Source: Tubiluchus corallicola | Lineage: Eukaryota; Animalia; Priapulida | Assembly: GCA_030141605.1 (NCBI GenBank) | Contig: JAQGDQ010001068.1 | Span: forward strand, 1,613-65,612 | Length of the DNA: 64,000 bases | Direction of reading: 5' to 3' | Shown here: one piece after another, positions 12,113 through 22,079 of the stretch | Layout: the number at the start of each line of letters is the position of its first letter | Numbering within the stretch: the stretch's first letter is position 1 | Notes under the pieces: generated by a model | What the model saw: the letters and a program-made list of their open reading frames with translations, nothing else | Databases searched by the model: none | What the model was told of the DNA's origin: nothing | Position numbers and translations under genes: made by a program

Positions 12113-12625
12113 TACTTCTTTGTTTAATATGGCACGTTGTTAATATCGATTGTCATAAAACTTTAGCTACATACAATAGCAGGCCTACACATGGTAAAAT
12201 ATGATTTCTGCAGCAAAATATAGACCTTTTAACGTTAAAAATATTCTTAGATTGAAAAGATGAATATAACTATGTTGCTAACTGTAAAATATTCCAATGT
12301 ATACATGACTTTATATTACGTACTAAACGCTTCCAGTAGTTTCTATCTGATATGAAATGCATCAGTCTCAAATATTCGTACGTAAATATTTTCTAACCGT
12401 CATTTTCTACTAATGTCTAATGCATTCTTGTAGGAAAACTTGTCAGCTTGTGTAGTTATAGTCTATTCTTACTGTAAATGTTTTTGTAAATAGTGTATAA
12501 AGTCTGTTGTGCTGAGGATCCTAAATCATGTTGTTCAAACTGTCTGATCCAATCCTATAATAAATTATGTTTAAACTAAAAATATTCTGCGTGTATAAGG
12601 ATGTGTAATTCTTATTCCTCTACAG

Positions 12626-12738
12626 ATGGGAGTTTGATTCAAAACACTCACTAGCACACGCTGTGTGGAGGGCGTTTCATGATCACAGACTTGTCACGGT
12701 GCAAGACGTTGACCCCTGGGTATATGAGGTCATGGACG
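12626..12738 (+). CDS. Gene 1 exon (WEFDSKHSLAHAVWRAFHDHRLVTVQDVDPWVYEVMD)
   Basis: ttcctctacag acceptor and G|gtaagt donor. 113 nt, phase 2-1, open frame. Confidence 0.85.
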
Positions 12739-13163
12739 GTAAGTCCCCGTTGGTTTTATTGATTCGACATCTTCTGGCATACAATGAATGATCCGTACAA
12801 GCCCCAAACAGCTACTCGTAAATACGGTTTCTTTCCTCGGATCTTTTATCTGCGGATTTCTTTTAAAGAAACTCGCTTCCCTGTTATCTGGCATCTGGTA
12901 TCACTAGCAACTGCAGTCAACACCTTAACACCGTTAAGTAACATCATTAGCCTTTTTTCTATGCTGTATGTACTAAGTAAGTCAGGTACGATAGCCTTAA
13001 TTGATCGCTAAATGTGACCTAAACTTTTCTTAATTGTTTTGTTAATATTTGATTAGTAATTAGTAATTAACAGTCATTAAATTCTAGAAGAATTTTGCGC
13101 CCTCCCACTCGTGTGCGCTGTTGTGTTAAAATGCATCAGATTAATTCTCTGTTTTAACTTCAG

Positions 13164-13415
13164 GTCCAGGCAGAGGAAAGGATAACATCATCGATTCGTT
13201 TGCTTACCACATAACAGATGGCGTCAGGTCTGTCATCATGGACGACAACCTTTGTCGCTGCAACACGCTGCTGCTAATGGGCAGGGAAATGTGTCTGACC
13301 AGAACTCTGCCAGAGAAAGAGAGATCAGAGCGCTACGGCGTCGGTTCGTTGACGTCGACGCAGTGCGATGTGGACGAACCGAGCACCCATAAAGGACTGA
13401 CTTTGTTTTTTAATG
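13164..13415 (+). CDS. Gene 1 exon (GPGRGKDNIIDSFAYHITDGVRSVIMDDNLCRCNTLLLMGREMC...YGVGSLTSTQCDVDEPSTHKGLTLFFN)
   Basis: ttttaacttcag acceptor and G|gtatgt donor. 252 nt, phase 1-1; overlaps ORF 13238-13465 in the same frame. Confidence 0.85.
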
Positions 13416-13489
13416 GTATGTGGCATATAGATCTCTTGAAAACCATTGTTAACAATTTGAACTAGCTAAGTCTATATTTGAGTTAACGT

Positions 13490-13540
<51 letters not shown>

Positions 13541-13961
13541 GCTCTCCCTCTCTATCTCTTTCTCTCTGTATGTCTCCCTTTCTCTCTCTCTCTTTCCCCC
13601 TCTCTTTCTCTCTCTATCTCTTTCTTCCCTCTCTCTCTTTCTCTCTCTCTCCCCCTCTCTCTTTCTCTTTTTCTCTCTCTCTTTCTTACTCTCTCTACCT
13701 CTTTCTCTCTTTCCCTCTCTCTATCTTTCTCTCTCTCTCTCTCTCTTGCTCTCTCTACCTCTACCTCTTTCTCCCTCTCTCTCTCTCTCTTTCTTTCTCT
13801 CTCTCTCTCTCTCTCGCTCGCCCCTCTCCCTCTCTCTCGCTTTCTCTACCTCTCTTTCTCTCTCCCTCTGTCTTTCTCTCTCTCCCTCTCTCTCTCTCTC
13901 TTTCTCTGGCATGTAAAACTTATAGTTAAATAAATCTGCTACAAAAATATGATGCCTGCCA
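13414..13961. mobile_element. TTAA-flanked element with internal (CT)n, copy 1
   Basis: TTAA|TGGTATGTGG...GCCTGCCA|TTAA. Homology to 14568-14779 begins and ends at the TTAA motifs. Confidence 0.6.
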
Positions 13962-14021
13962 TTAAGCAAAAATTAGTCATTTACACCACCAGAAGTCACC
14001 AGAGTTATTGGAATGACTTAA

Positions 14022-14185
14022 GGGAAGACAGGATGATTTTTCATATACTACCCCACTTTCAAGTCCAATAAAAAGTGCACACCTTAACACAATTAATACT
14101 GCAAAAGCGTTTCTGATGATTAAATAAAAGATTAAAAACTTAATTAATGGCGAGTGAGCCCAACTATTGATGACATCACAAATTG
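14022..14185 (+). mobile_element. MITE family A terminal fragment
   Basis: TTAA|GGGAAGACAGGATGATTTTTCATATACTACCCC, shared with the other family A copies. Confidence 0.75.
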
Positions 14186-14567
14186 GGGTGTTAGTGCATT
14201 TCCTAAAGTTCCAGAATTGTTTTGAACTTTCATTTGCGATTGATGCAACAAATTTTATTAATTTCTGCAATCGAAGACCTTTGGCACATAAACACAGATA
14301 AATAAACATGTGCTGACACCTGCTGTTAAAATTGTTTATTATTACAACTTCGCTCAAGTTTAATCAAAGTTATGGTCTCAGGTTGTGACGAAATCGTAGT
14401 TTTCATTCCTATACGAAAATAAGATTGGTAGTTATCAATCAGATTTATTGAAATTCAGTGGCATATAAAATACTAATTGAATTCATATAAAATTAAGGAA
14501 ATTTATACAGTATATGAGTAATGGTTCTTCCAATGTGAGATTTAGCAGAGCTTTGAGAACCTTTTAA

Positions 14568-14661
14568 TGGTATGTGGCGCATAGATCTCTTAAACGCTTA
14601 AGACCTTTTGAAAACTATTGCTAACAATTTGAACTAGCTAAGTCTATATTTGAGTTAACGT

Positions 14662-14727
<66 letters not shown>

Positions 14728-14779
14728 CATGTAAAACTTATAGTTAAATAAATCTGCTACAAAAATATGATGCCAGCCA
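14568..14779. mobile_element. TTAA-flanked element with internal (CT)n, copy 2
   Basis: TTAA|TGGTATGTGG...GCCAGCCA|TTAA; the non-repetitive parts are near-identical to 13414-13961. Confidence 0.6.
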
Positions 14780-14783
14780 TTAA

Positions 14784-15038
14784 GGGGAGGGAGAGGGGGA
14801 GGGACGGAAAGAGAAAGAGAGAAAGAGAGGGAGAGAGAGTGAGGGAGGGAGGAGAGAGAGAGAGAGAGAAAGAGAAAGGGAGGGAGAGAGAGAGGGGGGA
14901 GAGGGAGGGAGGAAGAGAGAGAGAGAGGGGGGAGAAAGGGAGACAAAGGAAGAGAAGAGGAGAGAGAGGGAGAGAGAGAAAGCGAGAAAGTGAGAGAGAG
15001 AGAGAGAGAGAGAGGAGGAAGAAAGACAGAGAGGCGGG

Positions 15039-15102
<64 letters not shown>
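14784..15102. repeat. (GA)n-rich microsatellite
   Basis: Directly visible. Confidence 0.95.
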
Positions 15103-15106
<4 letters not shown>

Positions 15107-15310
15107 CGTAAATAAATAAAAACAAATAGCTAAACTAGAAAAGGTAATGAAAAGGTGGAAGAAAAGGAACAATGATCTTCAAGAGACTCCAGAGATATAC
15201 ACTGAATATAAATACGTCAATTGGTCGATTGGGGCACCTCCTCCCCCTTGTAATGTTAATGTCCTCCAAAGACATCTTGCACTCATCTAAGATCTTGTTT
15301 TTTTATACAG

Positions 15311-17007
15311 ATGATGCCGACGAAGTTGACAGAAAAAAGCACAAATTGAGTGCACTTCTAACCCCCAAAAATGGAGAAGAAGAAAGAGGAGAAAGAGACA
15401 GAGCAAGAGCAAATGGCAGAGTGGTAAATAAGAAGGAGCCTGCCAAACCGAAGACGGCAAATGTTGCAAAAGACGTAGACGTCATAAAGACAAAAAAGGC
15501 AGCCCCGGCAACTGTTGAAGAGAAGAAGCAAAGCACACCCGAAAAGAAACCCCAAGCTAAAGTTAGCAATACGAAAGTTCAGGCAGCTGAGTTGAGGTTG
15601 CCCAGAAAGAAAATAATAAAGATCAGACGTCGCCGCCCAACTACGTCCGCAGAAGAAGATGAGAGTCCAGAAAGCGAGGTCCCTCAAGACATCACTCTGC
15701 AAGAGTTTCCGGCCGGTATATATCCGGCAGAAGCACGTATCGCCGAAAAGTTCTTCTCCCAGCCAGCGCAAGGGTACTACCCTCAACAAGTACCACATGG
15801 ATATTATCCCGCTCCACAAGGATATGCTCCTGGAGCTTACGTGGCGGGGACAGATCCACGGATAGCAGCATATTACAGCCAGTACTCACCATCTTCTGTT
15901 TACGGGCTACAGCAGTCGGGATACGGTCAGACGAATGCCTATCCACAGACTTCTCCTCCGGCTGTATCAAGATCATCACGAACAGGAAGACCCGTTGTGT
16001 CATACCAACCAGCAGTTCACCAACAACCAGGTGTACATGGTCTGTATGGGCGTGCGCCGACTTACGCTCCCCAATATGCATCTAGGGGTGCATATGGATC
16101 GGGGCAATCCGTGCCCCAAAAAGCCCGTCTCCAAAGCAAAGAAGCAAGGTACTACCAAGCTAGGTCCCCGTACCCTGCCACGCAACCCGCTACTGGATAT
16201 TCTAGTTTATCCCAGCCAGGAGCACCCAGCCCGATTCAACCTGCTGGGCTTACAAAAGTACCAGCCGGCAGGATAGCCCCACCTGATTACCCAGATTATG
16301 GGGATTATGTGGGATATCAACGGCCACCTGAACCCCCAAAATCGCTAGGCCTCACGAAGGTATCTGGAGCCAACCTAGCTAGGACGTTTCAGACACAGCA
16401 AAGGCGGCGACTTCGCCCTGCTGGAGGTTATTACGGGCGACCACCTGTAGCGGCGCCACAACCACAGCAGTTTGGTTTAGTTAAGGTATCGGGGCGAAGC
16501 ATAAATCCAGGTCCTCGTTATCCAGATTATCCTGATTATCCCGATTACGGTGGCGGTGCTCCTGGGGGTGGATATGGACCACCAGATTTAAGTGACAAAC
16601 CATTCGGTTTGGTGAAGGTAAGCGGGTCCCACGGTACGGGGAAACGTAGAAGAGGACACCGTCTCCTACCAGGTATTCCGGACAGACCAGCGAAGAAGAA
16701 AGGTGGTGGAAAATGGTTAATTCCAGGCTACAACGGTCCACAAAGCAAACAGAATGAACAACCTGATCCACATGCTGGTCATAATCACGGCGGGTTGCCA
16801 TATCCCGACTACGGTGACTATGGTGGCTACGGTATACCGCCAGAGTATGGCGCACGGCAAGTAGGCGTACCTGGTTTGGGCCCACGACAATCAGGTTTGG
16901 GACCAGAATACGGTGACCATGCTGCTCGTTTTAATTCAAATCGGAATCAACAGACAGCGCCCGCTCCATACTATGGCATTCCTCAAGGAATTGTTAGAAG
17001 AGGTTAG
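15311..17007 (+). CDS. Gene 1 terminal exon: Lys/Arg-rich linker, then a Tyr/Pro/Gly/Gln-rich repetitive region (putative extracellular structural protein)
   Basis: ttttttatacag acceptor, phase 1, matching the upstream donor. About 565 open codons with higher GC than the flanks; repeated GL(T/V)KV(S/P) and PDY/GDY motifs; stop TAG at 17005-17007. Confidence 0.9.
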
Positions 17008-17130
17008 AAATAATTTCAGACATTTTACACCTAATCTCTCCCAGCAACTTTCCTCTCTTCCAGTTTACTGATGTTGACGTTTTAATACCATGGTCATTGT
17101 TAGTATAGTCATGGGATAATTTTATAGTTT

Positions 17131-18304
17131 TCTAAGAATTTTGAGTTAACAGGTGGAATGAAACGGATGGCAGGTGCTAGGGTCTACGAACTTTCCACAA
17201 ATGGAGGACATCCCTGTCAGGTTTCGAATACAGTGTTCCCTCACATATCGTGGGTGTTCTATTCCAGGCTCACCCGCGATAAGTGAATTTCCGCGAAGTA
17301 GGGACGCTATACTTATTTTAGTAGTTACACATTATTTTAAGACTTTATAAACCCTCCCCACACTCTTATAGATAACCCTTTCCCATTCCCTTAACAACTT
17401 TTCCCATACTGTACATGTACCTTTTAGCATCTCAAGCAGGCGCAAGTACTCTACGGAGTACCGCAAAAACCCGCGAAACAGCGAAAGGATATGACAACCA
17501 CATATGGAGGATGTCACTGCTAGATTTAGAATAATGTCACAAATGATTACTGTCTTAACTATTTTCCATACACACAGCGAAAGTTTGCAGTGATCCATCG
17601 GTACTTCGCGATTCGTTTATCGGGCACTTGCTGCTTTGTGGGTTTTCAAAAATATTAATGTAAAATATTTATCGCGGTATTTTTTGCTGTTTCGTGGGTT
17701 TTTGCAGTACTCCGTCTAAAGTATTTTTGCACATGCGTAGTACGTATTGTATACGTACAGCAATGCATAGATTTGATGAATTTTGCATAAAAAATCACAA
17801 AATGTATAAAAATATATTAAAAATATTAATTCTAACATTAAAAGAATATTATAAATCATAAAAATTTCCATTTACAGTAAATAGTGTATTTATTCGGCGG
17901 ATGAATACACACCAAAAACAAAATGTAGTACTTGCGCCCGTTTGAGATGCTTCTTGCCGACGTGAGATTGTACACAACACACGATTGATTGATTGATGGA
18001 AAACTTTTTAAAAGGTACATGTACAGTCTGGGAAAATTTATTAAGGGTATGAGAACGGATTATGTATAAGAATGTGGTGAGGGTTTATAAAGACTTAAAA
18101 TAATGTATAACTACTAAAATAAATATAGCGTTCCTACTTCACGGAAATTCACTTATCGCGGATGGGCCTGGAATGGAACACACGCGATAAGTGAGGAAAC
18201 ACTATATTCGAAACCTGAAAGAGATGTCCTCCATCTATGGAAAGTTCGTAGACCCTAGCACCTGCCATCCGTTTCGCTCCACCTGTTGTTTCAAAATTCC
18301 TAGA
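17131..18304. mobile_element. Foldback element with about 300-bp imperfect inverted arms and a nested inner inverted repeat
   Basis: 17131-17450 is the reverse complement of 17925-18304 (e.g. ggcaggtgctagggtctacgaactttcca / tggaaagttcgtagaccctagcacctgcc). Inner pair: 17453-17490 / 17680-17715. Confidence 0.9.
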
Positions 18305-18813
18305 GATATACAAATTTATCAATTGATTTAGCGCTGTTTCAAGATTTAATTTGAAGGAACTACGTCGAGATTTTTCAGCGTTCTTGTATTCTCCTGTTCT
18401 TCTCGACAAAATCAATTTTTAGAACTGGTTGTATAGTTGAAAATTTTGCAACTTTAGTTGTAAGTGTGCCTCGCTTTACGACTAAAAGGAGAAGAAAATG
18501 CTTTACCTATGTAGACGAAAACAAGCCTACCTGATTTTACTATAATACTGTTTGTTGAGAATATTTTTTATGCAAAGGTTACCCATGCTTCCAATATGTA
18601 CTAAACTTACAAGCACTAAATTCCTGTGCACAATGTTGTTATCGTGATAAGAGTTCTGTTACAAGTGTTATGTGGTATTACATGTTATGGCCTAAACGAA
18701 ACTATTATGTAACATAGAATATCGATAGTAAATTGAAAAATTATTATTATTGTTACGAAATACATTGATCGAGAAACGTTTTGTTGTTTGTTTTGTTTCT
18801 TCGAGGATTAGCA

Positions 18814-18814
18814 G

Positions 18815-18868
<54 letters not shown>

Positions 18869-18872
18869 ACTG

Positions 18873-18935
<63 letters not shown>

Positions 18936-18965
18936 TTACTACAACAACAACTACTACTACCACTG

Positions 18966-19038
<73 letters not shown>

Positions 19039-19079
19039 CACTACACCACTACTACTACCACCACCACCACTACTACTAC
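18814..19079. repeat. Compound (CTG)n/(CTA)n/(CCA)n microsatellite
   Basis: Directly visible. Confidence 0.98.
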
Positions 19080-19242
19080 GTATCAATTTTTTCCACCACG
19101 TGTGGAAGGCTGTCCAGACTGTTAATGGTAAATGCTTTTGCCAAAGTTTGATAATCGGGAAAAATATCGTAGTCACGTTAACTAAACCACGTACGGTTTG
19201 CTACGCCGAATTCTACATCGCTATTTGCTATTGATGCTTTAA

Positions 19243-19375
19243 AGGAAGACAGGCTGATTTTTCATACACTACCCATTTACAAATTCGATTTTAAGCATAC
19301 ATTTTAACACAATTACTGCGGCAAAAGCGTTTCAAATAATTAGATAACAGATTAAAAACTTAATTAACAGCGGGC
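19243..19375 (+). mobile_element. MITE family A terminal fragment
   Basis: TTAA|AGGAAGACAGGCTGATTTTTCATACACTACCC. Confidence 0.7.
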
Positions 19376-19694
19376 TTTAACACTCCTCTTTAGTATGGAG
19401 GAAATTAAGAACTTTATGACCAGAAGAGCAAAGATTTGGGCGAACTTTGAAACAACGTTCTAGATCCTCTGAGCAACTAGAAGAAGCCATTTAGGAAAAT
19501 AACGAAGCTAATTATAGGCTTATAACTAAAACACCAGAATCCTATTAAACGTTTTAATTTACTTAGTTACAAAGAAATCATGTCAAACATTTCGACAGAG
19601 CTACTGCTGTCATCATCAGTGGCAAATGTTTACAAACATACAACCAGTTTATATAGACAGAGCCTATTAATTAAGTAATTATGCAGTAGTTAAC

Positions 19695-19985
19695 AGAAGC
19701 CAAATAGGCAGTGAATAAGCAGACCAGTAGAAAAGAAATTGATACAGTAAATTATGCACTAATTATGTATTTACAAAAAGCCAAATAGGTAATGATTAAG
19801 CAGACCAGTAAAAAAAATTGATACAGTAAATTATGCACTGAATATGTATTTACAAAAAGCCAAATAGGTAATGAACAAGCAGACCAGTAAAAAAAATTTA
19901 TACAGTAAATTATGCACTGAATATGTATTTGCAAAAAGTCAAAAAGGTAATGAATAAGCAGACCTGTAGAAAAGAAATTGATACA
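19695..19985. repeat. Minisatellite, unit about 79 bp, about 3.7 units
   Basis: aagccaaataggtaatga..aagcagaccagtaaaaaaaattgatacagtaaattatgcactgaatatgtatttac recurs near 19695, 19777, 19856 and 19935. Confidence 0.9.
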
Positions 19986-20113
19986 ACAACAAAGAACAAA
20001 GAACTAAGTGAAAATGAACTTAAAGGAATTGAACTACTTTGTACACTAACAGAAGGCTTATTAGGGTACATAGGTAAACTTTTTTTATTAATGAGTCCCA
20101 TTTATTTGTATGT

Positions 20114-20693
20114 CTTTATAGGGTCACGATTTTTTACAACCGATTTTGGTAACGGGGGGTGTAAAAACTTAACCCGTAAATTCGTAAATTACTTTTGATA
20201 AACCGCCGTGTTTCATTAGTAAACAGCAACAGCATAATTTGTGGTTATGCTGACCACCATAGGATACATTATACCTCTGCTTAAAGACATGTGACTTACT
20301 AGTAACACGAAATTTAAATTCACTTAGTGACGTTCCCTTATCTATGCTGGAATAGCTGTAGACAACCGACATTGCTAGCGCGTGTGCAAAAATCTTTGTT
20401 ATTTTGAATTTATTGTCTACTACTTTCTACTTTTAGGTGGGGTAATTTGAGTAACTGACATTTTGTTTTATCGGATACATCGCCCGTATAATGTATAGAC
20501 AAGCGAAGTAAAGTTTCGACAATTTAAAAAAATCCACATATTGCATTTTCACTTTTATTTCGTTGTGAGACAATGCGCCTAAAATAAATAACTGAAAGTA
20601 TTTTGTGCACAAAACATATTTAGAAAAAGTCATAGAAAGGGTTTACTGGGATGCGTATGGTAAAAGGGTAAACCTCCGGTGACCCTATAAGGG
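20114..20693 (-). mobile_element. piggyBac-type MITE, copy with one damaged end
   Basis: Ends TGACCCTATAAGGG|TTAA; the body is the reverse complement of 47227-47843. Confidence 0.85.
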
Positions 20694-21179
20694 TTAATTA
20701 AAAAACGCCTAACACAATTCCAACCCGAAAAATGAGATCCACAAAGAGCTAAAACATCGTTGGCTGTTCATACTCACCATACACCAAGTAAATTCACTAA
20801 CTGGATCTGCAAACTTTGAAAGAAAATATGCGTTGATTCAGTGGTAACTTTTTGCAAACATACAAACATTTTATATAGGCAAAGCCTACAGTATAGAACA
20901 TTGCACTAATTATGTAATTGTATTGTTTTTACTAAAAAAAATTTTAAATTCCTATAATAAAAAAAATTGTCTATTATTTGTTTCTATAAATGTTTTTCAG
21001 TGGCTGTGATAAAAATGACTAATATAAGTTCTTATAAACTTTGTAAATCTTGTAAAAAATCAACAAAACTAATTTAAATTCTAATAAATTTTGTAATTTT
21101 TACTTGATGTTCTTTAATTGTCATTTTTTCAATAGCTATTTGTATTATATACATGTAAAAAGTTAAGGATATCAAACCA

Positions 21180-21890
21180 CGGTATGCAAATTGCACAATA
21201 AATTCACGTGTGTTTCCAAATCAAAACCGTCCATTAGTTGGCATAGTTAAAGAAGATGATGATTCAAAGAAGAATGACAAAAAAATTTGGTCAAATGTCA
21301 ATTTTATCTTTTTCATAAATTTATTATAATTATAGTCTTTTATATATTTATATTTATACAATCTTTTATAAACTAGCATAAAATTATCAAGAAGATTTTT
21401 AAAAAATACTGAAAATCTAATTTTATTGCCCTTTACCCAGTTTTTTGGCTAGAAACTAGTACTGCAATTGCAAAAAAACTTGCATTTTCAAACTCCGATT
21501 GTAGCTCTTGAAAGTTGTAATTTTGCTTCAGATTTTCTTTTTTGTCGATCCCAGATCTTCGTCAGAAAGAGCCATCTACTGGATATAAAGGTAACTTCAA
21601 CATGTTCTGGCAAAGTCCATAGCAACCAACATTTGTGAGGTTGCTAATGCGTTTTGTAGAAATGTGACAAAAACAATGGCTGACTTTAACTCTGATTTTC
21701 TCAAGGTTATGTCTTTCTGTGTGTAGCCTGCACCTCAACTTCAACGTGGATTATCTCAGCTTAGAAATAACATAGAGCGATGAACTTGGTATCAAAATCA
21801 TCCTCATGAAATGGAGATTCAGGATATGTGAATAACTAGGAAAGTTTAATTGCTAACTTATGGACAATTTTGCTGTGCAAGCTCACATAC
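21180..21890 (-). mobile_element. Dispersed repeat family B
   Basis: Reverse complement of 7662-8330. Confidence 0.75.
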
Positions 21891-22079
21891 ACAGACACAA
21901 ACTAAGTGACAATGAGAGACATCCCAACCACCACTAAGAAAGGCGTGGTTTGCACGCAAAATGAATCCGATCACAAAATGGAGGCATGGCTTTGCACTGC
22001 GTTGTACAATCTATATCTGTATAACGTCTTTCTTTGGTAATATTAATGTTTTAAATTAATTCAATTTTAATGGCCATAA

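Noticed and set aside
15172-15310. N-terminal 46 aa of the 611-aa ORF as a real start or signal peptide
   Set aside because: A strong acceptor at 15309-15310 in the right phase for the upstream exon indicates this part is intron read-through. An alternative start cannot be fully excluded.
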